Shown: positions 20,394 to 31,193 of the stretch, piece by piece
How the letters are laid out: each line of letters opens with the position of its first letter
How positions within the stretch are numbered: position 1 is the stretch's first letter
Assembly: GCA_033763455.1 (NCBI GenBank)
Contig: JANRKO010000020.1
Coordinates: 1-64,000 of the forward strand
DNA from: Polyangiaceae bacterium
GTDB lineage: Bacteria > Myxococcota_A > Polyangia > Polyangiales > Polyangiaceae
DNA: 64,000 nucleotides
Direction of reading: 5' to 3'
Made by a program: the position numbers and the translations under genes
Notes under the pieces: model-generated
Told to the model about the DNA's origin: nothing
Database searches by the model: none
What the model saw: only the letters and a program-made list of their open reading frames with translations

Positions 20394-22214
20394 CTAACGG
20401 ATCCCAAGTTCAGCACGCAGCTTGGCTAGGCGAAAGCCAAGCTCTTCCGCCGCCAAAGTACGAAAGCGCTCGGGCAGAAGTGCTCGCCGCGACGTCTCGA
20501 ATACTGCCAGAAGCTCCATATATTCCAGCATCCGCTGGTCTCGGCTGGGCAGATAGTCCGTAACGGCAGCCTCTAGCAATGCGGGAGTTACCTTAGAACC
20601 TTGGGTGCGGGCCGTGTCGTTTGCCAAGAGCACCACGGCTTCCAGATCTGCATTGGAGTAGCCAAGCAACCGCGCTGATGTCGTACCCCGCACCTGCCTC
20701 CAATCCAGCTCGTGTTCGACCTGGTAGCGCCCCAAAAGCGCATCCAGAACTTTCTCCACGTCTTCGGCCTGATCTGGATAGAAGAACGGTATTTTTCGAT
20801 CTAAGCGGCCTGCACGCTTGATATCAATATCCAGTTTATCTGGTCGATTTGTCATCAAGAGGAAGAGAACCTGGCCCCGATTCTCCGGGTCACTCATGAA
20901 TTCCTTGATACGCGCCATCACCCGTGAAGAAGTACCGCCGTCTTCGCCCCCCTCACTCCCAAATGCGCGATCTCCCTCGTCGATCACGAGCACGATGGGC
21001 CCGAGTGACTTCACCATCCCAAGAACCTTCTCGAGGTTCGCCTCGGTTGACCCTACCCACTTGGAGCGGAAATTCTTCAGCTTTACTGCCGAAAGGCCAG
21101 ATTCCTTGATAAAGGCATTGGCTACGAACGTCTTGCCGGTACCCATCGGGCCGACGAACAATAGGCCCATGGGCACCCGAGCCGTATCCCCAGCGCGGAT
21201 ATTCGCCGCGATTTGCCGCAGCTCCTCCTTAATCGCTTCGTTCCCGCCCACCGCACTTAGGTCATGGCGCGGCTCGATGAACTCGATGAGGCCGTAACAC
21301 TCCTTTTCGATGAGTTCACGCTTTCGCTGCGACACAAGAGCGAGCACTTCCGAATAGGCGTCCGCCTTTTCAGCTTGAGGCACGGCGTGGCTTGGATTGA
21401 TGAGGTGGCGAATTTGTTCCGCATCCATCCCGCGCGTGAGCGCGCCCAGCTTCTCGGCGCGCTGCTTAGCATCGACGCTTCCGATCAGAAGCGACTCGAT
21501 CAAACGCTGACGTTCGCCATCTTCCAGCGCATCGATTGGTTGCGGGGTGAGCAGTGCCGCAATCTGCACGGCCCGGAGGCCCGCAGTATGCTCACTCAAT
21601 AGCCGTACGTGGGCGGCATCGATGCTTGGATCGCTCTTTTGCACCACCTCACGTCGTGCTTCAATATCGGGCATCGGCACCTGCACGGCGGCTATCACCG
21701 GGTTGGCCACCAACCGCTGATTGACCTCTGAAAGCGCTTCGGAAACGAGAAACACTACGTTGTCTTTTTCGCGCAATTCAGGGCTCAAGCTCCAGCGATG
21801 CAGCGTGATGAGGCTATTGCGATCTTGCTCACTGAGCAGATTATATTCTCCATCTGGCACCATCACCCCAACGTAGGGAATAATGAGGGCCGTAGAATCT
21901 GCTGAAAATAGGACTGCTTCCAGGAGTGGCAGTACATCTTTTGGGGAACGCCGCAACCGCAGCTCATCAATTTTGGCGACAGCAGGGCTGGCTTTTAGGC
22001 AGGAAACGCCGAGCGCTGGATCATAAACCAAGATATTTTGCTTATTCTCCCACAGCAAGATCTTAGCTAAAAACTCTGTTAGCGAATAATAGCTCCCACC
22101 AAACAGGACCCTATCGAACACATTGGTGTGCAACAGAAACATGGACGCTTCGCCGCCCACGTACTTTCTGCGCACGCGTTCGGCCCAGGCGGGAAGGTTT
22201 CGCGCGTTCGCCAT
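20394..22214 (-). CDS. Classical-clade AAA+ ATPase (degenerate N-terminal module, intact C-terminal module)
   Basis: Walker A GPMGTGKT, pore loop SKWVG, Walker [25 protein letters not shown]. Confidence 0.9.
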   Translation of the reverse strand: MANARNLPAWAERVRRKYVGGEASMFLLHTNVFDRVLFGGSYYSLTEFLAKILLWENKQNILVYDPALGVSCLKASPAVAKIDELRLRRSPKDVLPLLEAVLFSADSTALIIPYVGVMVPDGEYNLLSEQDRNSLITLHRWSLSPELREKDNVVFLVSEALSEVNQRLVANPVIAAVQVPMPDIEARREVVQKSDPSIDAAHVRLLSEHTAGLRAVQIAALLTPQPIDALEDGERQRLIESLLIGSVDAKQRAEKLGALTRGMDAEQIRHLINPSHAVPQAEKADAYSEVLALVSQRKRELIEKECYGLIEFIEPRHDLSAVGGNEAIKEELRQIAANIRAGDTARVPMGLLFVGPMGTGKTFVANAFIKESGLSAVKLKNFRSKWVGSTEANLEKVLGMVKSLGPIVLVIDEGDRAFGSEGGEDGGTSSRVMARIKEFMSDPENRGQVLFLLMTNRPDKLDIDIKRAGRLDRKIPFFYPDQAEDVEKVLDALLGRYQVEHELDWRQVRGTTSARLLGYSNADLEAVVLLANDTARTQGSKVTPALLEAAVTDYLPSRDQRMLEYMELLAVFETSRRALLPERFRTLAAEELGFRLAKLRAELGIR

Positions 22215-22216
22215 TT

Positions 22217-22924
22217 TCACATTTTCTTCGCTGCTTGGGCTTGCTGTGCCCGTGCGGCCTTGAGATTTTCCAACTCCGCTCTGGCGGAAACACTGCCAGA
22301 TTTCTGGCGCAGTTCGCTCAGCCGGCTGTCGAGGTCACTATCTTTCAACTCCTTGCCGAGGTTGGCTTCTGCCACGGTGTTTTTGATGTGATCCCGCACG
22401 GTATCTAGCGCCCGCACCTCGGCATCCACGGAGATACCTTCGATCTGGCTTTGGATTTGGAGGCGAGCCTCGGCGCTCTGCATCTTGGCGAGCATTCGAT
22501 CTTTTTCGGCCTTTAGCTTACCGATCTCAGATTTGACGGCCATCAGCGAGCTTTTGGCATCTTCGGCATCCACCTTGGCTTGCTGCAACTCGGCATCGAG
22601 GCTCTCGAGCTCCTTGGCCATCGCGTTCTTCTTCTCGATCAGCACAATCGCAAGATCATCTTGGCCGCTTTGCAATGCCACTTCGAGGTCGGCCTTTAAC
22701 TGTTCAAACTCCTGGCGCTCTTTGTTGATGCGCTCGGTTACGTCCTCGCGGCGTCGAATAATGGCGGCTGTGGCGCTCTTGAGCTTCGTGTATTTCCCCA
22801 CAAGGCCATTGATGGCGTTCTCATAGGCGATCTCCGGATGCTTCTTTTCCACATCGGAAACCCACAGCGAAACGAAGCCCGACCAAAGATTGGAAAGCCG
22901 CCCGAAAAAATTGCTTGATGCCAT
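22217..22924 (-). CDS. pspA: PspA/IM30 (Vipp1/ESCRT-III superfamily) protein
   Basis: N-terminal amphipathic helix FFGRLSNLW, E..HPE, ALQSGQDDLA, long coiled coil, LDSRL.EL / AELENLKA. Confidence 0.85.
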   Translation of the reverse strand: MASSNFFGRLSNLWSGFVSLWVSDVEKKHPEIAYENAINGLVGKYTKLKSATAAIIRRREDVTERINKERQEFEQLKADLEVALQSGQDDLAIVLIEKKNAMAKELESLDAELQQAKVDAEDAKSSLMAVKSEIGKLKAEKDRMLAKMQSAEARLQIQSQIEGISVDAEVRALDTVRDHIKNTVAEANLGKELKDSDLDSRLSELRQKSGSVSARAELENLKAARAQQAQAAKKM

Positions 22925-22954
22925 TGCCCAAATTCCTTCCGCAAGGAGCCTACA

Positions 22955-23800
22955 CTAAGAGCCCATTACTTTGACCTGTTGCCCGGAGCGAGCTCGCATT
23001 TCCGGGATAAATTTAGCGAGATCTTCATCAAAAGCCTCGCTCACCTGACCCTGCAGACGCACTCGATCCACGGCCTCTTGAAGCTGCCGGCTCACTTCGG
23101 TGGAGCTCGGATTGGTCATCACCGCTTGGTAGACCTCTTCAAATGTATCCGCCAGGGCCAGCATAGAAGCCTCAGCTGACGCCTGCCTGGAACGTGTATG
23201 CGTGCGGCGCTCTAGCACGCCTTCGAAATCTTGCTTGGCTTGTTCCAAACGGCGCCTCTCTTCGACGCCGAGAGGTGCTTGGAGCTGGGCCTCAATTTCC
23301 CGAAGCTTGTAGGCAACCGCCTCCGCATTGAAGGCCCGTTCGCGCTCCTCCATCGCAAGCAAGGCCATCCACAGGCCCAAGAAATCTAAAGTGGCGTCTT
23401 CGAGGCGTTCCACATCCGCGAACGTGAGCGCAGTGCTCGAATTTTCAGCTACTTTCCGTAAGGAATCGATGCGCTGGCACATTCTTTGGTACGCGCCCCA
23501 CTGCGCGCCACTGTGATTACGACGGGTGATTTCCTCGAGCAGATAAGCGCGCATGCGCTGGCGACGTTCGCGCTGGCGACGAGCATCTACGCGAGCCCTA
23601 AAGCCCGCGCCATAGGGGATAAACAGCGCAGCCACGGAAGCTGTGGTGGCGTAGGCGATGAGCGGTAAAAGTGCCACCCCAAGGTCCGTTTGAAACGCCA
23701 AAAGGCCACTTGCCAAAGCTGCCCCGAAGGCGCCCAACACGTTGTAGCGATGCCGTAGCATCTCGGAAACATAGGAAGCTTTAGCGTCAGGTTCGGACAT
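22955..23800 (-). CDS. Membrane-anchored (2 TM) coiled-coil protein
   Basis: N-terminal hydrophobic hairpin followed by a helical body; tightly packed upstream of pspA. Confidence 0.7.
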   Translation of the reverse strand: MSEPDAKASYVSEMLRHRYNVLGAFGAALASGLLAFQTDLGVALLPLIAYATTASVAALFIPYGAGFRARVDARRQRERRQRMRAYLLEEITRRNHSGAQWGAYQRMCQRIDSLRKVAENSSTALTFADVERLEDATLDFLGLWMALLAMEERERAFNAEAVAYKLREIEAQLQAPLGVEERRRLEQAKQDFEGVLERRTHTRSRQASAEASMLALADTFEEVYQAVMTNPSSTEVSRQLQEAVDRVRLQGQVSEAFDEDLAKFIPEMRARSGQQVKVMGS

Positions 23801-23806
23801 GTGCCT

Positions 23807-23956
23807 CTACTTCGCCAATTGCCCGCGAGGTTCCGACTCGGGTGCCCCTAGCAACAGACGCCTCACGCCAAGGTGCCACGCCGCAAACCCTCCCGCCGTA
23901 AGGATCAGGAGTGCCAGCAGGAACCGCGCGAACGCCGTCAAGCGCCCGCCCGCCAT
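23807..23956 (-). CDS. Small single-TM protein (49 aa), first gene of the pspA operon
   Basis: GAAGGGAAGC-ATG ribosome site, one TM helix, 6-bp gap to the next gene. Confidence 0.5.
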   Translation of the reverse strand: MAGGRLTAFARFLLALLILTAGGFAAWHLGVRRLLLGAPESEPRGQLAK

Positions 23957-24096
23957 GCTTCCCTTCTGAGAACCGCCGTCAAAGTGCGCCAAAACATAGG
24001 GCGCCGCACCACGCTTGTCCAGGCGGACCGGTGCGGCTTTTCCGGAGCTCCGTTTCCTGGGCGCGCCATACTCGGCTAGGCTCGCCGCCTTTGCTT

Positions 24097-25290
24097 ATGC
24101 CCGAATCTACTGGGGATGAGTCCCCGCCCCGCCCCGCCTCACATCCCGTTGCTGCCCGCGATACGAAGATAGCGACTTTCGCTTACGAACCTGTGGAGGC
24201 GAGCGGAGATCGTCCGTCTTTAGTGGACCAACTCAAGGCCGCCGCCGTAACCCGCGGGGCGCGTTCGGTGGCAACTTGGGGCCTATTTGTTATCGCATTG
24301 TTCGGTGTGCTGCACGTAGCGCGCGAAATTCTTATCCCGCTGACGCTCGCGCTCATGTTGTCGTTTGTGCTGAGTCCCCTGGTAACGGGGCTGCGGCGGC
24401 TCGGCATTCCAAGGATCCTGGGCGCAGCGGCAGTTGTGGGAGCCCTGCTATTTGCAGCCACTTACGCCATCATCGCAGTTTCAGGGCCGGCGGCCGCGTG
24501 GGCCTCCCGCTTCCCAGAGGTATTACACAGCGTCGAGGGCAAAGTGCGTCCGCTTCGGCAACCTGTGCAGAGCGTCACCGAACTTGCCGAGCGCGTTGAA
24601 CACATGACCGATGTTGCGCGCAGAACGAAAACACAAGCCGTAACGCTCGAAAAAGAAAGCTTCGTGAGTAGTGCGCTGGGCACCACAATAAGCGTGTTTA
24701 CCGCCGCTGTGATCATGTTAATTGCGCTCTATTTCTTGCTCGTCTGGGGAGATGTCCTCTTGGAACGGAGCCTGGGCTACGTCCTCCGGCTCGAGAATCG
24801 AGAACACACCTCCCGGGTGCTTGAGACCATCCACAAACGGATGTCGCAATACATCGGAACAGTGTGCGTCATTAACTTCGGTCTCGGTTCGGCGGTCGCC
24901 GCGACGATGAATTGGCTGAGCGTGCCCAATCCACTCCTTTGGGGTGTATTTTGCGCTGTCGCAACGTTCATTCCCTACCTAGGAGCCCTGGTGGGCACAA
25001 CGGTGATTGGGCTCGTCTCCCTGTTTACGTTCCCGACGTTGGGGCAGGCTGCCCTTCCGCCGTTAGCCTATTTTGGTCTTACGTTCATCGAGGGAAACTT
25101 CGTAACACCCTACGTGCTCGGCCGGGCCTTCCAGCTAAATCCTCTGGTAATCTTCATTTGGTTGGTATTTTGGGGTTGGCTTTGGGGCGTAGCTGGGGCC
25201 ATCGTGGCCGTGCCAATGCTGATGCTCCTCAAGCTCACTTGCGAAAACAGCGACGTATTGGCTCCTGTGGCGCGGCTTATTAGCCGTTAA
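24097..25290 (+). CDS. AI-2E family transporter
   Basis: Multiple TMs, ILIPLTLALMLSFVLSPLV, FIPYLG, IEGNFVTP, WGVAGAIVAVP; start moved from 23911. Confidence 0.88.
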   Translation: MPESTGDESPPRPASHPVAARDTKIATFAYEPVEASGDRPSLVDQLKAAAVTRGARSVATWGLFVIALFGVLHVAREILIPLTLALMLSFVLSPLVTGLRRLGIPRILGAAAVVGALLFAATYAIIAVSGPAAAWASRFPEVLHSVEGKVRPLRQPVQSVTELAERVEHMTDVARRTKTQAVTLEKESFVSSALGTTISVFTAAVIMLIALYFLLVWGDVLLERSLGYVLRLENREHTSRVLETIHKRMSQYIGTVCVINFGLGSAVAATMNWLSVPNPLLWGVFCAVATFIPYLGALVGTTVIGLVSLFTFPTLGQAALPPLAYFGLTFIEGNFVTPYVLGRAFQLNPLVIFIWLVFWGWLWGVAGAIVAVPMLMLLKLTCENSDVLAPVARLISR

Positions 25291-25406
25291 CGGGGGCTGC
25301 GTAGAAGCCACACAACGCCGTAAGAGATGCTGCTGGAGCCGGTAGAAGTACGAATCCATTCCGCACGCAGCGTCAGGCTGTGCTACGCCACTGCTCCGGA
25401 AACCCT

Positions 25407-25724
25407 ATGAGCTTTGAAGAATCCCAACAGCGCCACAAGTCTGCAAACCGCAACGACGCCTGTCCGTGCGGATCTGGTCGCAAGTACAAGAAATGCCACT
25501 GGGCAGAGGACGAAACAGCCATCCACGCTGAGCTAAAGCTTCGCGAAGAAGCTGCCAAGGCGGCGCTCGACGAAGAAAACGCGAAGGCTGAAGCCGAGGG
25601 CACGAGCACCGAGGGTACGGGCAAGGCGGCCATCAAGAACCGAGGCCAGTCTATGTCTTCCCTGGCAGCCAAAGGCCGAGCCCAAGCTCGCCCCACGAAT
25701 TTGCCTCGGCGAGGCGCGGTCTAA
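25407..25724 (+). CDS. SEC-C motif protein
   Basis: RNDACPCGSGRKYKKCH. Confidence 0.8.
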   Translation: MSFEESQQRHKSANRNDACPCGSGRKYKKCHWAEDETAIHAELKLREEAAKAALDEENAKAEAEGTSTEGTGKAAIKNRGQSMSSLAAKGRAQARPTNLPRRGAV

Positions 25725-25734
25725 GGCAGCAAAA

Positions 25735-26583
25735 TTACCTGTCCGCTCGGGATCTGCAGCCGAGCTGTGCGCCTAGCCTCCCAAGCCCCGCCTCAAGCAG
25801 GGCCCCGCGTTTCGCCTCCAGCAGTGGGAAAACGTCGAGGTGTGCTCGGCGCTCTACCTCGTCGATCGAGATCTGGTGATCGCAAAAATTGGCGTGTAAG
25901 TCAGTCGTTTGCTCGAACGCGAGGCTGAGCGTTTCGAAGCTGTTTTGATCCCCAGTGCTCACCACCTTCCAATAGCCGCTCGGCACCCGATGTGGCTCGT
26001 CAGCTTTGGGCAACAGCGGCATTTCCTGCTCGAAGAGCGGGCCAGTTAACACCCAAACCTGCGCCGTGCGCGCAAGCTGCCGCTCCAACTCCTCAACCTT
26101 CATCCAGGCACCTTGATTAAGCGAAGCCGCCTGCGGGGTAATGTTCGAGAGATAGTTGAGGGTTTCCCAGAAGGGCGATCCCTCAAAGCTGCCCAGCGGG
26201 GCTTGATGGCCACGGTCCCAGCCAAGCAAGCGAGAGGCCTGGCTAAAGTCAGGCGGCTCCAGCGTTGCTGCTTCGGGTAATGCTGGATCCGCGCGCCAGT
26301 GGCGCGGGCGATGCCGGCCAAAATTGGCTGCATCGACGCGGTAGGCCACCCAATCAGCGAACTTGGTAACTGGATTCGCACTCAGCGAATAAAGCGGTCG
26401 CTCCAGCAGCAGGTTCGCGCCTGGTGCTCCAGCAGGGCAACCGAACAAGCATGCTTCTGCTGGTGCTGCCGGCTTCGCCTCAGGTGCATCTTGACCTTGG
26501 GAAAGGCTCAATAAGGCGACTGCCGCCGCGATGAGCAGCCCCACCACGAGGGCCCTTCTGACGAACGCGCGAAAAAGTCTCAA
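25735..26583 (-). CDS. Exported DNA/RNA non-specific endonuclease (NucA-type)
   Basis: Signal/TM N-terminus, ADWVAY, DRGHQAP, SNITPQ, LNQGAW..VE, VPSGYWKV. Confidence 0.92.
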   Translation of the reverse strand: MRLFRAFVRRALVVGLLIAAAVALLSLSQGQDAPEAKPAAPAEACLFGCPAGAPGANLLLERPLYSLSANPVTKFADWVAYRVDAANFGRHRPRHWRADPALPEAATLEPPDFSQASRLLGWDRGHQAPLGSFEGSPFWETLNYLSNITPQAASLNQGAWMKVEELERQLARTAQVWVLTGPLFEQEMPLLPKADEPHRVPSGYWKVVSTGDQNSFETLSLAFEQTTDLHANFCDHQISIDEVERRAHLDVFPLLEAKRGALLEAGLGRLGAQLGCRSRADR

Positions 26584-26641
26584 GGCTCGCGAGAATATGC
26601 CTGGGAAACCCCAGCCGAGCCACTCCTGAGTTCTGCGCAGC

Positions 26642-27517
26642 CTAGTTTAGCTGCATCACCGACACGACGTCGATTTGAACAAATTGTCCGTCAAATGCCT
26701 GCGGTGCGGGCGGCACCCCGGGCGCAACCACGTTGACGTTCGCTGCCTGCTCGGTGTTGTCGTCTTTGTAATTGAACGTCACCGTTGTGCCGCCGTTTAC
26801 CGTGATATCCGCGAGGTAGTCGAGCGCAAAGATCTGATGGTCGAAGGCGCCGTCAAGCGAGTAGAACGCATTGATGTAGTACTTCTTCGCCGGCTGGGCC
26901 ACATCCAGCCAGAACACGGCGTGTGCGTCTTCGTTGGGCGTACCTTGAGTGCTGTCGATGAAGTAGGGGCCCGGAGTAACGGTATCGATCGGCGAATTGT
27001 TCAAGTCCGTAAAGGTGTGGCCTTCGGTGACGCCCCGAATATGTAGCGTTACCTTGTAGCTCTTTTGTGGATCGCCCCCGAATGTTAACGTCTGCGCTGG
27101 CAGAGTCATGACATTGGAACACAACTCCCCCTCGTGCGCCCCAAGGCACGGCACCTCGATGCGCGTGTTGAGCGCGGAGGCAATGCCGAGGTCCCCGGCG
27201 CCTCCCGAACCCGAACCTCCCGCAGAAGTGCTGCCCCCTGTTTGGGCCGTGCCACCGCCCAGGCTTGAGCCTCCGCCCGTGGCCGGGCTGGTGCCTCCAG
27301 CAGCCGCCGCACGGCCTCCAGCCGATGTGCCCGAGCCTCCCGACGCCATCGAAGCGCCTCCCGCTCCGGGTGCCTCTCCCATTTTCCCCGGCGCCGAACT
27401 TCCCCCAGTAGCGGCAGACGCGCCACCCGTGCCCACACGTGCGGGCGTGGCGTTGTCCGTTTCGCTGCACGCGCCAAGTGTCACTAAGGTCAAAGCTACC
27501 ACACACAGGTTTCTCAT
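26642..27517 (-). CDS. Lipoprotein with a Gly/Ser-rich linker, function unknown
   Basis: Lipobox LGAC, GG-rich linker, beta-rich C-terminal domain. Confidence 0.7.
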   Translation of the reverse strand: MRNLCVVALTLVTLGACSETDNATPARVGTGGASAATGGSSAPGKMGEAPGAGGASMASGGSGTSAGGRAAAAGGTSPATGGGSSLGGGTAQTGGSTSAGGSGSGGAGDLGIASALNTRIEVPCLGAHEGELCSNVMTLPAQTLTFGGDPQKSYKVTLHIRGVTEGHTFTDLNNSPIDTVTPGPYFIDSTQGTPNEDAHAVFWLDVAQPAKKYYINAFYSLDGAFDHQIFALDYLADITVNGGTTVTFNYKDDNTEQAANVNVVAPGVPPAPQAFDGQFVQIDVVSVMQLN

Positions 27518-27570
27518 CAATCACTCCGGGAATAGGTAAGAGCTGAACGCCACGGATTCTGCGTTGAGAT

Positions 27571-28977
27571 CTACGCAAGAACGCCGGCGAGTGGCCCGTC
27601 CCCAAACCCGGTATCACCAAACGAGGCTACAGGCATGCCCATGGCATTCATGAAGGTTACGTGCAGCTTGTTATGCGGTTGCGAAGTAAAGGCGATGTGT
27701 TGGCCTGTTTTGATCTTGCCGCCCCCGGATCCGAAGATGAAAGCGCGAATATTATGGTAACTGTGGTCCGAGGCATAAGAGACCTCTGAGCACCAGAACG
27801 CCATCGAATTGTCCAAGAGCGTACTCCCGCCTTCGTTCACCGAGTCCATTTTCCCGATTAGGTAGGCGACTTGCTCGGCATACCAACGGTTGATCCACGC
27901 CATCTGCGCGTCCGAGGTCGGGTCACCCCCGTTATGCGAAATAGTGTGATGATCTTCAGTGATGCTGCCGCATGCACCACAGCCGGCAGTGTCGATCCAC
28001 TCGAGCCGTTCGAGTGATCGTGCATACGAATATTGCAGCGAAGCGACGCGTGTTAACCCGCACGCCAGTGCCAGCACGAGGAGATCTGCCTGCTGCTTGC
28101 CCACGGCCGGAAAGTTCGCGTGCAAAAGGTGATCTGCGAGAGGCATATATCCGACGGCTTGGCTGCAGGAGACGGGGCCAGCGGCTGCCCCCGACGCGAG
28201 GCCGCGTTCCACTTCGCGAATCATGCTCAAGTGCTGATCAAGCCGCACCTTGTCCGACGCGGGGACCGCTGCGTTGACGCTTTCGAATTCTTTGATCACG
28301 TAGTCGATAACACTACGGCGCCGCGCAAGATTCGCATCCAACATGCCCGGAACAATAGGAGCCGCGGTGACACCGGAAAACAAGCGATTGTACGCAGCCA
28401 AGGGGCTATCTTCTGGAGAGACGGGCTGCGTGGGGCCGGCATAGACCATGCGGCTAAAGGGGTGATTGCCGTAGCGCACGCTCGTTTGCACGCCAAACTC
28501 GAGAGATTTGTAGCGACTACTGGCTCCAACCGCAGTGGCTATTTGTTGATCGACCGAAATGCCGTTCGCAAAGCCCACGGGGTAGTCCGTATTGTCCTCA
28601 GCCTGAACCAACTTCGGATCCACCTCGTAGCTCTTACATGTCAACATGTGCCCCATGCCAACCGCGTGTTGATCACCAACATCTCCGGCGTCGGCGCTCA
28701 GCATATCGATCCCGCTCAACGCCAGGAGCTTATTCTTGAACGGGAGAACGGGAGCACTTTCAGTGCCCAAGGTGAAGTTTGCACCCACGCCCTGGGGCAT
28801 AAAAAGGCTAAAGTTGTTGGTCCCACACGGCGTGTAGAGCACAACAAACCGAGACGCCGGTGCGGCAGCATGTGCGGCACGCGGCACCAAGGACTCTAAG
28901 AAAGGGAGCCCGACTGCAATACCACCAGCAGCCTTCAGGAATTTGCGGCGCGCGGCGAATGGAAACTTGGCATTCAT
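27571..28977 (-). CDS. DUF1552-family protein with a Tat-like signal
   Basis: RRKFLK, LPFLESL, SVDQ.IA, SLEFGV, RRSVID, LACGLTRVASL, LLDNS. Confidence 0.85.
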   Translation of the reverse strand: MNAKFPFAARRKFLKAAGGIAVGLPFLESLVPRAAHAAAPASRFVVLYTPCGTNNFSLFMPQGVGANFTLGTESAPVLPFKNKLLALSGIDMLSADAGDVGDQHAVGMGHMLTCKSYEVDPKLVQAEDNTDYPVGFANGISVDQQIATAVGASSRYKSLEFGVQTSVRYGNHPFSRMVYAGPTQPVSPEDSPLAAYNRLFSGVTAAPIVPGMLDANLARRRSVIDYVIKEFESVNAAVPASDKVRLDQHLSMIREVERGLASGAAAGPVSCSQAVGYMPLADHLLHANFPAVGKQQADLLVLALACGLTRVASLQYSYARSLERLEWIDTAGCGACGSITEDHHTISHNGGDPTSDAQMAWINRWYAEQVAYLIGKMDSVNEGGSTLLDNSMAFWCSEVSYASDHSYHNIRAFIFGSGGGKIKTGQHIAFTSQPHNKLHVTFMNAMGMPVASFGDTGFGDGPLAGVLA

Positions 28978-28992
28978 ATCATGCAGCTCCGT

Positions 28993-30774
28993 TCAGGGTG
29001 CTTTACGAAACAAGAAGGCGTCCGTTTGGGTGATCCCCAAAAGGAGTTCTTTGACGTTTCCTTTGGAGGCATTAAACGCTGTTTTCAACTGTTGGAGTGT
29101 GCAAGCATCCTCCCCGGTTTCCACTCGCCCATAGGCAAAGTGAAACCACTGAGTGGTCGCGCAATCTCGCACCATTTTGCTGGCACCCAGCTTCTGCCCC
29201 AGCTCAACGGCACCATTGAACGTTCCGTCCACGTCTGTTCCCGTGAGTTCTCCGTGGCCGTCAACCGGCTTACCCGCCTCCTGATCCCGCCACATCCCGA
29301 CGGCGTCGTAGTTTTCAAAGCCAAACCCTATCGGATCCATCAGCTGATGGCAGCTTCTGCAGGCAGGATCGGTGCTGTGAGCCGCGAAACGCTCGCGCGT
29401 CGTGAGTGCGGGATTGAATGCCGGTACCATGATGTTAGCGTTCTTAGGCGGAGCAGGTGGCGTTTGGCAGAGAAGGCTGTCGCGAATGAAGAACCCGCGA
29501 GTCACCGGGTTGCCCTGCACCGGCGTAGAATGGCCGCCCAAAAGGCCTGCGAGCGTCAGCAGACCAGAACGCTGAGTTGCAGGCAGCGCCACGGCAGCTG
29601 GTGCAACAGGAGAACCCGGCGGAGTTACACCGTAAAACATTGCGAGTGCGTCGTTCATGTAGGATTGGGGCGACTGCAGGAGCGCACCCATGTCCCCGGG
29701 GCCGTCAAAGATCGTATGCTCTACGAAGGCCTCCGCCTCTTGGCGCATGAACCCCGCTATTTCAGGCGTAAACGTGGGGAATTGAGTGGCATCCTTGGTG
29801 AGCTGCCCCATCGAAAGAAAATCGAGCCACTGCGCATGGAAGCTCACGACACTTCCCCGCGCCTTCGGGGTGGTCAGAAGCCTTTGCGCCTGCGCCACCA
29901 CCTGCTCCTTCGTTCCAAGTTCTCCGCGGGCTGCCGCTCCCAATAGCTCCTCATCGGGCATGCTCTGGGTCAACAAATAGGAAAGCCTGCTCGCCCTTTC
30001 ATACGGACCGGCTTCAATGATTCCAGGAGCTGCGCCGACGGCGGGCCCGGCAGTCTCGGCCGTTTCCATGCGGTATAGAAACTGCGGAGTTTGCAGGATA
30101 GCCGAGGCGACCATCTGGATGGCATTGGCGAAACCTTCAGTGCCTTTGGAGGTTTGGTAAAACGCGAGCAGCCGTGTTTTTTCGGCCGCACTGAGCGGGC
30201 GCCGGTAACTCTTTAACCCAAAAGCATCGATGAATTGCCCCGCACACGCGTCCTCACCACTGGCTACGGGATCACACCCGAGCAGCCCATTGAGATTGCT
30301 GATCGCGGTGACTCCGAGGCTCGTTGCCGCCGCTTCGTACTGCTCGGCTAGGATCTGACTGACGCTGCGAACCGTCGCGTTGTTGTCGAAATTGTAAGCG
30401 CGCTCTTCCAAAGGAAAGGCGCGCGCTGGCTTGGTATTGACGCCGAGAAGTGCCTCGACAGTGTTGTCGTACTCGGTGTGCGTTAATCGCCGTAGAGGCG
30501 CATCGCCGGGTGACAAAACTCCCGGGTTGGTGCACTCACCAACCACTGCTGCCCCGCCTGTGCCGACGACTATTCCTCCCGGTCCCATCCCGGCACCACC
30601 GCTTCCGATCGCTCCTCCCGAAGCACCGACGACAGACCCATCGCCACCTGAAGCACTCGCCAGACTGCCCGGACCCGGCGAGCTTCCCGGTACGGAGCCC
30701 GTGCAACCCAACAAGCCAAAGATGGAAAGAGCGGCCAAAGCTTCGCCAGCGAGGCACTTCATGCGTAAACCCAT
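28993..30774 (-). CDS. DUF1587/1595/1592/1588-domain lipoprotein
   Basis: LRRLTHTEYDNTV, SPQFLYR-like TPQFLYR, ASRLSYLL..SMPD, RSGLLT, TTRERF..H..CRSCH..MDPIGFGFENYD; start uncertain. Confidence 0.85.
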   Translation of the reverse strand: MGLRMKCLAGEALAALSIFGLLGCTGSVPGSSPGPGSLASASGGDGSVVGASGGAIGSGGAGMGPGGIVVGTGGAAVVGECTNPGVLSPGDAPLRRLTHTEYDNTVEALLGVNTKPARAFPLEERAYNFDNNATVRSVSQILAEQYEAAATSLGVTAISNLNGLLGCDPVASGEDACAGQFIDAFGLKSYRRPLSAAEKTRLLAFYQTSKGTEGFANAIQMVASAILQTPQFLYRMETAETAGPAVGAAPGIIEAGPYERASRLSYLLTQSMPDEELLGAAARGELGTKEQVVAQAQRLLTTPKARGSVVSFHAQWLDFLSMGQLTKDATQFPTFTPEIAGFMRQEAEAFVEHTIFDGPGDMGALLQSPQSYMNDALAMFYGVTPPGSPVAPAAVALPATQRSGLLTLAGLLGGHSTPVQGNPVTRGFFIRDSLLCQTPPAPPKNANIMVPAFNPALTTRERFAAHSTDPACRSCHQLMDPIGFGFENYDAVGMWRDQEAGKPVDGHGELTGTDVDGTFNGAVELGQKLGASKMVRDCATTQWFHFAYGRVETGEDACTLQQLKTAFNASKGNVKELLLGITQTDAFLFRKAP

Positions 30775-31193
30775 AACGACCGTCCTGCCGCAAGGAGCCA
30801 AAGCTGACTCTCGTAGCGCTAACTGGAGGTTGACAACTTTGAGAGGCGCACTTCACCGTGCGCCAGATACACACAGAGCGTGACAGCTTGGAGTTCCGCT
30901 GTCAGCAGACACTTTGACTCCGCGCTCCACTTTTTGGATCACATGGTTTTGCTGAACTCCGAGAACCGGGCCACGTGCCCTAGGCCGTGAGCCCCACGTG
31001 CTGGCATTTTTGCGCCAGAAACTGACGTAATTGTCCGAACAATTCGCTATTAACTGTCTGCAAAGTCCGCCTTCCGCTCTGCTAATCTCTCAGCGTGAAT
31101 GAACCTTCTAGCGGTACGCGCACGTGTCACACGAATTTCGAACCACGCTGACGCTAGCCCCTCACCTGCTACATTGGGACAAGGAGCGCCGTT

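Noticed and set aside
25735..26583. Nuclease as a defence or toxin effector
   Set aside because: Ordinary exported NucA-type enzyme with no adjacent immunity or defence gene recognised
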